A stretch of 45,436 nt of DNA from a virus (IMGVR_UViG_3300005805_006996:1-45436); one strand, 5' to 3'. Counted from the first letter of the stretch, positions 29,222 to 36,951 are shown. Numbers and translations: made by a program. The notes: generated by a model from the sequence alone, not told the origin.

Positions 29222-30430
29222 ATGATACATGAAAAATCTCTTGCAAATAGGGTTTCTTACCAAAGGAACAGCGGTTATTGGGAAGTAGACAATAAGTACT
29301 TTTTCAATAAAGCCGAATGTCTACGACATGCTACTAAGACAGGAAATGGTAATATCAAGTATCATTTTTTTGATGAAGTTTTTTCCGAGTCGGACTGGTC
29401 TATAGAGCCTCCGCAGTCATTGGATCAATTATACGGTGAAAGAGCCAGACAATTAAGAGATAAGTATGATTATATTTTGCTATCTGTAAGCGGCGGTTCT
29501 GATAGCATGAACATGTTATACGCCTTTTTAAATAATGGGCTTCATGTAGATGAAGTTGTAACGTGGTATCCGGTCGCTGCTATAGAAAAACTGATTAGCA
29601 CATTTAATTACGACAAAAAAGATCCTACAAATGTTATGTTTGAATATGTTACTGCTTTCATGCCACAAATGAAAGAAGTTCATAAAAAGTATCCAAACTT
29701 AAAAATAACGATACTAGATCATACAGATCATGCATTAACTGTTATAGGTGGTGCAAACGCACATAAATTTGATATGGCAGGATTGACAATGGGACCGGGT
29801 ACTGCCGGCCCATTGAGTTTAGTTGGATACCAGCGAAAACTTGATATACCTAATTCTGCTATTATTGTGGGGGTAGATAAACCTAGACTAGTGTTATGCC
29901 CCAAAACAAAAAGATTTGGTAATTTCTTTTTAGATTTTCATTCAATGTGGGGAGGTGTAAGTGATGCGATCTATGGTGGATTTCACCCTACAGTTGAGTA
30001 TTTCTACTTTGCTTGGGAATTTCCAAATCTGATTAAAAAACAATCACATGTAGTTAAACAGGCAGTCCAACCATTAATCGAAGGTGAAAAAGGTATCGAT
30101 TCTCCTGAATATACAAAATTACTAATATCCAAGCGTAAGAATTCTCCATACGACATATTCAACGTACAACTAGATTTCTTTGAGAAATTGTTATACCCCA
30201 CTACGTACAATCCAAACGTGTTTCAAGCAGCCAAACCAACCTCGTTATTATATGCTGAAGCAAACAAATGGTTCACTGATTCTCACTTGACTGACGACAA
30301 AACTAAATCATTTTATACTGGACAAATTGATGAATTTGTTGCCGGCATACACTCTGGATATTTGTATCTCAACAAGCAAGGTCGTGTGGGTGGGTTTAAG
30401 CCTTTTAACTCGCCTATTAAATTCTTTTAA
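29222..30430 (+). CDS. PP-loop ATPase-like protein (paralog 2)
   Basis: RARQLRDKYDYILLSVSGGSDS, GVDKPR, FQAAKP. Confidence 0.7.
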   Translation: MIHEKSLANRVSYQRNSGYWEVDNKYFFNKAECLRHATKTGNGNIKYHFFDEVFSESDWSIEPPQSLDQLYGERARQLRDKYDYILLSVSGGSDSMNMLYAFLNNGLHVDEVVTWYPVAAIEKLISTFNYDKKDPTNVMFEYVTAFMPQMKEVHKKYPNLKITILDHTDHALTVIGGANAHKFDMAGLTMGPGTAGPLSLVGYQRKLDIPNSAIIVGVDKPRLVLCPKTKRFGNFFLDFHSMWGGVSDAIYGGFHPTVEYFYFAWEFPNLIKKQSHVVKQAVQPLIEGEKGIDSPEYTKLLISKRKNSPYDIFNVQLDFFEKLLYPTTYNPNVFQAAKPTSLLYAEANKWFTDSHLTDDKTKSFYTGQIDEFVAGIHSGYLYLNKQGRVGGFKPFNSPIKFF

Positions 30431-31032
30431 AAAACGATGTATTGCGGGTACTTGAGTATAAATTGATCAAACGTAATTTCATAAAAACTCAACGTAAACA
30501 TTATACGTCTGTTTTCTACGTTTTCAATGCTATGCGCCCTACGAACACTTAATCCATACCATTTGTTCATTTCAAAGTGTGCAGTATAGTGAGGTTCTAC
30601 CTCTTCATACTGCCATCTTTTTCCTGTACCTTTACCAGGAGTATGGTCTATCATTTGTTTGTAAAAAACTGTAGTAACATTGTCTCCACCTTCTTTGTAA
30701 TAGTAATTCATAGCAAAAATTCTTTCTCTATCGCTATGAGGTGGCCAACATGCATATTTAGAATTTGAATCTACATTAGTCAATATTCCTACTACGGGAA
30801 AAATTTCTTCATCAAAATACGGTTGATATTGTTCTCTACCTAACTTGATTACAACATCATCTTCTTTTTCATACTGTCGTGATACAGCATTGACAGGTTG
30901 ATTTTGAAACCTCTCATGATGCCCCTTAAAAACTGCGTCAATTGGAGCTCCGTATGCACATCTTAGAATTTCTCTTTCCAAATCAGGATTTGGTCTAGGC
31001 AAATTCATTTCAAAAATAGAGTCATTTATCAT
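30427..31032 (-). CDS. 2OG-Fe(II)/cupin-like oxygenase
   Basis: PHSD...AHSIEN..RRIMFTLSF. Confidence 0.65.
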   Translation of the reverse strand: MINDSIFEMNLPRPNPDLEREILRCAYGAPIDAVFKGHHERFQNQPVNAVSRQYEKEDDVVIKLGREQYQPYFDEEIFPVVGILTNVDSNSKYACWPPHSDRERIFAMNYYYKEGGDNVTTVFYKQMIDHTPGKGTGKRWQYEEVEPHYTAHFEMNKWYGLSVRRAHSIENVENRRIMFTLSFYEITFDQFILKYPQYIVF

Positions 31033-31040
31033 AGAAGTAT

Positions 31041-32249
31041 TTAGTTGTTTATATGAATGGGTGTAGTTGTAAACTGTTTGAACCTAAGTGGTAAACCGTT
31101 TTCATTATATTCGATCAAACTACTGTCAATACCGTGTAAGAACTCCATCACTTGACCATAGTGGTAATCTTTTGCTCTTTTATCTGTTAATTTTGATTTT
31201 AGATACCAATTGCTATGTTCTTGAAAAAAGTATCCTGAAGGTTTTCCTGCTTGAAAGAAAATTGCTGACCAATCTTTGTATAGTAATTTTTTGAAGAATA
31301 TATCATGTGTGTAAAATACGTAATGATTGTTTTTAGAAATTTTAGTGAACCTGTTAAAGAAATCAGGACGTTTTTCTTTAGGTAAATCTACGTAGGGCTG
31401 CAATGCACGTTTTATAATAGCTAGTTGTTTTTGCCAAATGCTTGGCATCTCCATGGTATAGTAAAAATGTTCTACCAGTGGGTTATATCCACTAAAAGCA
31501 TCCTTCCTATAATTCCCTAGCACTAAAGAGATATCGTCAAAATATGTTCCATATTTTTTACTGTTTGGGTTGTATCCGAATCGAGGCTTATCAACTCCAG
31601 TAAGATATACTGCTTTACCTTTGTTAGCATATTCCCTGACCTTCTCTCCAATTAAGTAATGACCTGCTAGTCCGGGAGCAGCACCGATACCACCAACCGG
31701 CATAAGATGTAACTTACCGTTGCCCAACATATCAATGGCAGTGTTAGTATGGTCTAATACTGCTATTTCTGTTTTAGGTGATTTTTTAGACACTTCTAAA
31801 AGTTTTGGCAACGCAACTTCAGAGTATTCAAATATTACGTTACCAGCACTACGATCATTTTTATTAAAGTATGGTTTTAATTTGTCAATGGCTGCGACAG
31901 GATAGGAAGTAGCTACACAATCTAAATGTATGCCGTTATTGATAAATGTGTTCAATACGTTATAGCTATCACTGCCACCGCTAAACGACAAAATAATATA
32001 ATCGTATTTCTCTCTTAATTGTTTGGCTCGCTGAACATAAAGTTCCTCTAAAGACTCTTTAGGTTCAGTGTGCCATTGTAACGAGTTATAAAATTCATCA
32101 TTGTAATGAAAAGTAATATTATGATCTTTTATAGTAGTGGCATATCGCAAGCATTCGGATTTGTCAAAAAAGTACTTTCCTCCTACTTGCCAATAACCGC
32201 CACCGTATGATCCTGCAATCTGTTTGGCTAAACTTTCTTCAGAGACCAT
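31041..32249 (-). CDS. PP-loop ATPase-like protein (paralog 3)
   Basis: RAKQLREKYDYIILSFSGGSDS, GVDKPR, FQAGKP; clearly similar to 29222-30430. Confidence 0.7.
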   Translation of the reverse strand: MVSEESLAKQIAGSYGGGYWQVGGKYFFDKSECLRYATTIKDHNITFHYNDEFYNSLQWHTEPKESLEELYVQRAKQLREKYDYIILSFSGGSDSYNVLNTFINNGIHLDCVATSYPVAAIDKLKPYFNKNDRSAGNVIFEYSEVALPKLLEVSKKSPKTEIAVLDHTNTAIDMLGNGKLHLMPVGGIGAAPGLAGHYLIGEKVREYANKGKAVYLTGVDKPRFGYNPNSKKYGTYFDDISLVLGNYRKDAFSGYNPLVEHFYYTMEMPSIWQKQLAIIKRALQPYVDLPKEKRPDFFNRFTKISKNNHYVFYTHDIFFKKLLYKDWSAIFFQAGKPSGYFFQEHSNWYLKSKLTDKRAKDYHYGQVMEFLHGIDSSLIEYNENGLPLRFKQFTTTPIHINN

Positions 32250-33057
32250 ATTTTTTCATGAAGCCTACATATTGTCCAAACAGTTTATCTTTTTCTTTTC
32301 CACCTATGTTTAATGGAGTTACTTTTAAAGAATTAAGAGTTTCTTTATACAACGGTGTCGTAACAGCATCTTCAATGCATTTCATCGCTTTAGCCTTTTG
32401 TTCAGCAGTAGCATCTTTGTGTACAAACATTCCATTAAATGCTACACTAGTTAACGATATTTGTCCCCTTTTAAACTCTTCACCTAAGGCAATCGTGAAT
32501 ATTGTTTTAAAATTAAAATCTCTACTCCAATTAAATCCGTTAGTGCTACTTACGAGATACACATCTAAATCCTTGTTCATAATCAATGGTAATGCTTTGG
32601 CATCGCCACCTGTAGGTATGATGTTTATATTTGGATTTACTTCTTGTAATTGTAATGCTAATACGTGATGTGATGTACCTAAGCCTGGTATACCCAAGTT
32701 AATTTTTTCAGTGACCAGTTGTTGCCAAGTAACATCTTTGTTTGTAAGTGCATATAGCGGAGCACTTAACACAATCTTTAACAATTCAATAGGTGGATTT
32801 TTGATTGGACTATTGTTACCAAATGCAGCAGGACTTCCGAAAAAGATGAAGTCTTTGTTTTCTTCAAGATGCCTGACTGCTATCGCCGACATTCCACCTA
32901 TTTTATACTCTAAAACTTTAAAATTAGGGTTAGCTTTCATCATTAGTCGAGCTTGGGTGTCTAATGCGCCACCGGGTGGATAGTCTATAACCATTTTACA
33001 AGTTTCTGCGTGTGCAACGTTTATTGCTAAAATTAATGCTAATATGTATTTTACCAT
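32239..33057 (-). CDS. TctC/Bug-like periplasmic solute-binding protein
   Basis: Signal peptide MVKYILALILAINVAHA, YPPGGALDTQAR, GIPGLGTSHH; AAAGGA RBS. Confidence 0.75.
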   Translation of the reverse strand: MVKYILALILAINVAHAETCKMVIDYPPGGALDTQARLMMKANPNFKVLEYKIGGMSAIAVRHLEENKDFIFFGSPAAFGNNSPIKNPPIELLKIVLSAPLYALTNKDVTWQQLVTEKINLGIPGLGTSHHVLALQLQEVNPNINIIPTGGDAKALPLIMNKDLDVYLVSSTNGFNWSRDFNFKTIFTIALGEEFKRGQISLTSVAFNGMFVHKDATAEQKAKAMKCIEDAVTTPLYKETLNSLKVTPLNIGGKEKDKLFGQYVGFMKKYGL

Positions 33058-33111
33058 GCGTGGTTCCTTTATGTATAAATATTTAATATATAATTGGGTA
33101 ATACAAAAAAA

Positions 33112-34167
33112 ATGATCATCGACTGCGATAGCCACTATCTACCGTTAGACGTTTACAAGTACGTAAGTGAACGCTACAAAAAATATCTTCCTACATATAC
33201 GTATGTAGATGGTGTTCCTAAGATTACGGGATCTGATCCTATTAAACAGCACGATAACCCTTATGAATTTAACAGACACTGTGATTTACCCGGTGTAACC
33301 GATATACCTTCTAGACTAGAAGATATGGAAAAAATGCAAGTTAATATGCAGGTATTGGCGCCTCAAGACTTAGCATTACGTTTTAATTATAGTGTCGATC
33401 CTGATCTTGCAGCAGAAATGTGTCATAGTTATAATTTGTCATTGTTAAATTTAGATAGAAACAAATTTATCCTTGTGGGTTACGCTCCGTTGCAATCTAT
33501 AGAATCATCAATAAAAGAAGTAGAATGGCTACACAGTGTGGGTATCAATCAAATTTATGTGGATTTTGCAATACCCAACTCGGAAACAAAATTGTGTGGA
33601 TTGTGGAGAACAGTTAAAGATATAGACAAATTTTTAAAAGTAGTAGAAGCCAATGGCATGATTCTCTATGCACATCATTTTATGCATAGTCTTAAGCTTA
33701 ATCCAGAACAGTTTATAGATAAGCGATTGCCTGTTGATTTTATTAATGGCTTCATATCTGATTTTACATTGGGTGGTCTATTGCATAAGTTTCCCGATTT
33801 AAAAATTGTTTTGGCAGAATCTCCTAAGCTGGGAGCAGAATTGGTTAAGACTTTAGGTTTATGCATTCAACTATATGAAGAAGGAAACTTCGAAGGTGCT
33901 CACCCAAATGTTTACTACAAAAAAAATTTCTATGCTACAATTGATATTGAAGCTGAAGAAGTCGTTGAAAACTTCATCAAGTACTTTGGTGAAGATAAAG
34001 TTTTGTTCAGCACCGACTATCCGCACATAGACCCTTCGGGGATGAATAAATGGAATGATACAGAAGACCTAAAAAAATCTAAGTTGAACAGTATTACAAA
34101 AGAAAAAATAGCATACAAAAATGCAGTAGAATTGTTTAATTTAAATTTTGGGCAAACACAAATTTGA
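33112..34167 (+). CDS. Amidohydrolase-2 family protein (ACMSD/LigW-like)
   Basis: IIDCDSH, RLEDM, LLHKFPDLKIVLAE, LFSTDYPH. Confidence 0.85.
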   Translation: MIIDCDSHYLPLDVYKYVSERYKKYLPTYTYVDGVPKITGSDPIKQHDNPYEFNRHCDLPGVTDIPSRLEDMEKMQVNMQVLAPQDLALRFNYSVDPDLAAEMCHSYNLSLLNLDRNKFILVGYAPLQSIESSIKEVEWLHSVGINQIYVDFAIPNSETKLCGLWRTVKDIDKFLKVVEANGMILYAHHFMHSLKLNPEQFIDKRLPVDFINGFISDFTLGGLLHKFPDLKIVLAESPKLGAELVKTLGLCIQLYEEGNFEGAHPNVYYKKNFYATIDIEAEEVVENFIKYFGEDKVLFSTDYPHIDPSGMNKWNDTEDLKKSKLNSITKEKIAYKNAVELFNLNFGQTQI

Positions 34168-34192
34168 CTTTTAAAGAAAAAGCTGATATTAT
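34164..34192 (+). promoter_or_regulatory. sigma70-type promoter upstream of leader ORF
   Basis: TTGACT-17 nt-TATTAT; a TAAATA late-type motif also at 34216. Confidence 0.55.
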
Positions 34193-34229
34193 TACACACT
34201 ATTGATTCACAGGACTAAATAAACTTACT

Positions 34230-34367
34230 ATGAAAAACTTTACTTGTAACGCTATACTAAAACATGAGGCATTATGGTCCATTACAGCCATGAATACCTT
34301 TGCGCCAGTATATCCTACAAGTATCCGTGGCTCAAACGATCAAAGAGGCAGCCCGGGGACTAGGTAA
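34230..34367 (+). CDS. Putative attenuator leader peptide (45 aa, all 20 amino acids)
   Basis: MKNFTCNAILKHEALWSITAMNTFAPVYPTSIRGSNDQRGSPGTR*; 37 distinct codons; its 3' end lies inside the antiterminator arm. Confidence 0.7.
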   Translation: MKNFTCNAILKHEALWSITAMNTFAPVYPTSIRGSNDQRGSPGTR

Positions 34368-34402
34368 AGTCTAACATAGTACAGATTTATCTAACCCCTG
34401 GG
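34352..34402 (+). promoter_or_regulatory. Antiterminator hairpin (competes with terminator)
   Basis: CCCGGGGACTAGGTAAAGTCT (34352-72) pairs with AGATTTATCTAACCCCTGGG (34383-402), sequestering the terminator 5' arm. Confidence 0.7.
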
Positions 34403-34431
34403 AAACTAAAAAGTCTCAGGGGTTTTTGTTT
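34393..34431 (+). terminator. Intrinsic terminator (attenuator) before tRNA array
   Basis: AACCCCTGGG(AA)ACT-AAAA-AGTCTCAGGGGTT followed by TTTGTTT. Confidence 0.85.
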
Positions 34432-34447
34432 AGTGCTTTAGAAAAAT

Positions 34448-34476
34448 TTGACAATAAATGGAGAACAGATTAGAAT
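34448..34476 (+). promoter_or_regulatory. sigma70 promoter (copy 1 of direct repeat)
   Basis: TTGACA-ATAAATGGAGAACAGAT-TAGAAT. Confidence 0.8.
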
Positions 34477-34538
34477 GAGGATCTTTGACAGATTGGATCA
34501 ACATTCAAGTCTGCAAAAAAACAGAGACAAAAAATATT

Positions 34539-34567
34539 TTGACAATAAATGGAGAACAGTTTAGAAT
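34539..34567 (+). promoter_or_regulatory. sigma70 promoter (copy 2 of direct repeat)
   Basis: TTGACA-ATAAATGGAGAACAGTT-TAGAAT; 28/29 identical to copy 1. Confidence 0.8.
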
Positions 34568-34712
34568 ACGCAACTCAAGAATTTACAGATTGGTCAGAGC
34601 ATGTATATCTGACTTCAGAGCAAGTCGAGCAATTGATTGCCGAGAAGTTTGAACGTGCAAGGATTCAATCATTGGCTACTAAGCATCTACGAGAACAAGT
34701 GGATGTGTAGCA

Positions 34713-34928
34713 AAGTGTGTAGGCAACGCGGGCCAAGCGGCGCACTTAAAACATGTCGTGAAAGGGCGGACTGTAGGATGAAGCCTCTCTTGTGAGGTGA
34801 AAAATTACAGGCTAGGGTACAACCCTAGCATAGCGTAGAAATACGCTATTCTATAGTATACTGATGAAAATACGCCCATGGCTTTTGGCGCCATGACTAG
34901 CCCTCTAGTGTACTATAGAATAGTGTAT
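34713..34928 (+). ncRNA. Structured leader RNA of tRNA array (unassigned)
   Basis: Several hairpins (GCTAGGGT/ACCCTAGC; ATAGCGTA/TACGCTAT) and a 22-bp stem 34841-62/34907-28 ending at the tRNA-Gln 5' end. Confidence 0.5.
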
Positions 34929-35003
34929 AGCCCGTTCGCCAAGTGGTAAGGCATCGGATTTTGATTCCGACATTCGGTGGTTCGAATCCATCACGGGCTG
35001 CCA
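34929..35003 (+). tRNA. tRNA-Gln(TTG)
   Basis: Full cloverleaf, loop TT-TTG-AT, G73, CCA. Confidence 0.93.
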
Positions 35004-35018
35004 ACTAATAAATAGAAT

Positions 35019-35570
35019 ATGTTTTACTATCTATATGAATTTGCCTCCGAAAAAACAATTCAAAGGATTTGGGATATCATCAACAATGCCAAACCTGAAG
35101 ATTGGTGGAGAGAAAAAATGGGTGTTGAATGGCGTCTAAGTTTACCTCACAATATTTTTGAAAATGACTACAAGACAAATATTTTAATACAAAAATTTGT
35201 AGAACCACATAGGTTGTATGTGCAACGTTTAGAAGCGCATACATCATATGATTGGCATACTGACTATGCAAGAGACACATCTATTACATTGTGTCTTAAT
35301 GAATTAATTAGAAGTATGACGATTTTTTCAGAACATAAATCTATAAAAAGTCCTACTCATTGGCCTAATATAATGCCATTGCGATATCAAAAAAATGGTC
35401 TATATCTGATAGACGGTACTAAGCCTCATACAGGTATAAACTTCAGTGACAATATTAGATACTTGGTATCAGTGTCATTATCTAGACGAATGAATTTAGG
35501 TAAAGCAGTACGATACTTAAATACAATTTCAGAAGATCAGAGTTCCAAAGTAGGAATTCTTAGTCATTAA
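35019..35570 (+). CDS. 2OG-Fe(II)/cupin-like oxygenase
   Basis: WHTD...PHTGIN...RY; ATAAATA just upstream. Confidence 0.65.
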   Translation: MFYYLYEFASEKTIQRIWDIINNAKPEDWWREKMGVEWRLSLPHNIFENDYKTNILIQKFVEPHRLYVQRLEAHTSYDWHTDYARDTSITLCLNELIRSMTIFSEHKSIKSPTHWPNIMPLRYQKNGLYLIDGTKPHTGINFSDNIRYLVSVSLSRRMNLGKAVRYLNTISEDQSSKVGILSH

Positions 35571-35577
35571 TAGTAAT

Positions 35578-35652
35578 GCCTGGTTAGCTCAGAGGTAGAG
35601 CAGCGTCTTGATAAGGCGTTGGCCGCTGGTTCGATCCCAGCACTAGGCACCA
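35578..35652 (+). tRNA. tRNA-Ile(GAT)
   Basis: Canonical cloverleaf, loop TT-GAT-AA, CCA. Confidence 0.93.
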
Positions 35653-35661
35653 ATCAACAAT

Positions 35662-35749
35662 GTGTCTTGTCCCCGCTTGCGGTCTGTAAAATCGTAGCCA
35701 AAATAAGGTGGGTGGTTGGCAAGAGGTTCGATTCCTTCAAGACACACCA
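35662..35749 (+). tRNA. D-armless tRNA-Tyr(GTA)-like RNA
   Basis: GTGTCTTG/CAAGACAC acceptor, GCGGT CT-GTA-AA ATCGT, long variable arm, TTCGATT loop, CCA; no D-arm. Confidence 0.6.
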
Positions 35750-35755
35750 AACAAT

Positions 35756-35852
35756 GCCTCTATAGCTTAATTGGTAAAGCTCCTGATTGATACTCAGGCG
35801 ACGGCTCTAGATGAGGGCGTGAGTGTAGGTTCGAATCCTACTAGAGGTACCA
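35756..35852 (+). tRNA. tRNA-Ile(GAT) with abnormally long variable arm
   Basis: CCTGA TT-GAT-AC TCAGG followed by a ~26-nt extra arm; normal acceptor, D and T arms; CCA. Confidence 0.75.
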
Positions 35853-35860
35853 AATACAAA

Positions 35861-35938
35861 CTGGGTATATTGTCAACTTGGTAGACGGCCGGGCTTGGAA
35901 CTCGGAGGCTGCAGGTTCAAATCCTGCTACCCAGACCA
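35861..35938 (+). tRNA. tRNA-Pro(TGG)
   Basis: C1-G72, loop CT-TGG-AA (A37 instead of the usual G37), CCA. Confidence 0.88.
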
Positions 35939-35946
35939 AAGTTTTT

Positions 35947-36006
35947 AGGATGCTAACAGCAAATTTTAACATCAAACTGCTAATTTGAAACGTTAAAATG
36001 CATCCT
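35947..36006 (+). ncRNA. Scaffolded anticodon-arm RNA 1 (Ser GCU)
   Basis: AGGATGC/GCATCCT stem, TAACAGCAA, inner stem, TCAAA CT-GCT-AA TTTGA. Confidence 0.7.
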
Positions 36007-36017
36007 GTTATATCTGT

Positions 36018-36094
36018 TGGGGTGAGATGCGATAGGAAGCATACTGTCCTTTGAAGTCAGGTCTTAAGGGGTTCGAATCCCCTCACCCTTGCCA
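36018..36094 (+). tRNA. tRNA-Gln(TTG), divergent second copy
   Basis: Loop CT-TTG-AA, T-T mismatch in anticodon stem, G73, CCA. Confidence 0.78.
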
Positions 36095-36104
36095 AAATTT
36101 AAAT

Positions 36105-36180
36105 GCCGCTTTAGCTGATGTGGTCATAGCAACGGTTTGAAGCATCGTGGAAGTAGGTTCGATCCCTACAGGCGGCACCA
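36105..36180 (+). tRNA. tRNA-Phe(GAA), atypical loop
   Basis: Loop TT-GAA-GC, CCA. Confidence 0.85.
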
Positions 36181-36185
36181 ATCAT

Positions 36186-36261
36186 GCCCGCGAAGTATTA
36201 GCTGGTGGTATGCTGCCTTCGTAACGCAGAGGATTCAGTTCGAGGCTGAACGTGGGCACCA
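36186..36261 (+). tRNA. tRNA-Thr(CGT)
   Basis: Loop TT-CGT-AA, C-C mismatch at 31-39, T-loop TTCGAGG, CCA. Confidence 0.75.
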
Positions 36262-36264
36262 AAG

Positions 36265-36293
36265 TTGACAATAAATCCATTGTCATGTACAAT
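36265..36293 (+). promoter_or_regulatory. sigma70 promoter
   Basis: TTGACA-ATAAATCCATTGTCATG-TACAAT. Confidence 0.8.
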
Positions 36294-36324
36294 GCTTGCA
36301 TACGCTGAGAAATCAGCAATGCTC

Positions 36325-36520
36325 TTTAAAAGTTAATAGTAGGTTCTGTCTCTTGAAAAAGAGAACGGTAACGAAACGACAGCCAGCAGTTCTTAGTAAG
36401 TCAATGCGACTGAAAAGAGGGTGTCTTAGTAGAGAGGTGAATCCCCGTAGGGGATTTGTGATAAAGCCCTGGAGGCCTAAGCATGTAATGTGAGAAATCA
36501 TCCTACTGTCAATTTTTAAA
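36325..36520 (+). ncRNA. Unassigned ~195-nt structured RNA
   Basis: 19-bp closing stem 36325-43/36502-20; internal hairpins TCTCTT/AAGAGA, AGTC/GACT, AATCCCC/GGGGATT. Confidence 0.55.
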
Positions 36521-36589
36521 AGTTTGTTCTTTAATAAAGTGTGTATAAAGCGTGGGTTCTCAAAGAACCTCTGTGCAGAGAACATCTGT

Positions 36590-36663
36590 CCCGACACTAA
36601 TAGCGCCTGATGAGAGAGTAACGCCTCGAAACCATTTGGTAGCGCGGAGTGGCAACAGTCGGG
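36590..36663 (+). ncRNA. Type I hammerhead ribozyme within a 17-bp-stem-closed RNA (36540-36702)
   Basis: Stem I GCGC/GCGC, core CTGATGA (36607-13), stem II GAG/CTC, GAAA (36628-31), stem III ACC/GGT, GUA cleavage triplet ending 36641. Confidence 0.8.
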
Positions 36664-36706
36664 GAATAACGGTGCCACCAGGAGGTTCACGCTTTATGCA
36701 CATTTT

Positions 36707-36781
36707 ACACCGTGAGGCAGCTGGTGTGGCCGCTAGTCCTTCAAACTAGTGAGATGGGATCAAAACCCATACGGTGTACCA
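36707..36781 (+). tRNA. tRNA-Glu(TTC)-like, atypical (C33, A73)
   Basis: CTAGT CC-TTC-AA ACTAG, T-loop ATCAAAA, CCA. Confidence 0.65.
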
Positions 36782-36790
36782 AGAATCTAT

Positions 36791-36869
36791 TCCGCAGAAT
36801 CCGAGCATGGTGCACGGACTTGACTGTTAATCAATGACTAGCTGGGATCGTTACCCAGATGCGGAGCCA
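36791..36869 (+). tRNA. tRNA-Asn(GTT)
   Basis: Loop CT-GTT-AA, G73, atypical T-loop ATCGTTA, CCA. Confidence 0.8.
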
Positions 36870-36874
36870 AACAT

Positions 36875-36949
36875 GCCGTAGTGGTAGACTGGTAATACAC
36901 CGGATTGTCTATCCGTTCTATGAGGGTTCGATTCCCTTCTACGGCGCCA
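36875..36949 (+). tRNA. tRNA-Asp(GTC)
   Basis: Loop TT-GTC-TA, G73, CCA. Confidence 0.85.
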
Positions 36950-36951
36950 AT

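Noticed and set aside
34549-34710. 53-aa ORF MENSLEYATQEF...
   Set aside because: Its ATG lies inside the duplicated promoter spacer with no SD; it may be real but cannot be supported.
34861-34910. Second hammerhead from CTGATGA at 34861
   Set aside because: No stem II-GAAA-stem III arrangement follows.
36296-36749. ORF-track entries over the ncRNA region, and a tmRNA call
   Set aside because: No RBS or protein motifs, and the sequence is better explained by RNA stems; no tRNA-like domain or tag-like reading frame was seen.
36707-36781. tRNA-Sec or opal suppressor (CT-TCA-AA register)
   Set aside because: The 5-bp stem CTAGT/ACTAG centres TTC; there is no long variable arm or extended acceptor stem. 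The shifted register is not fully excluded.
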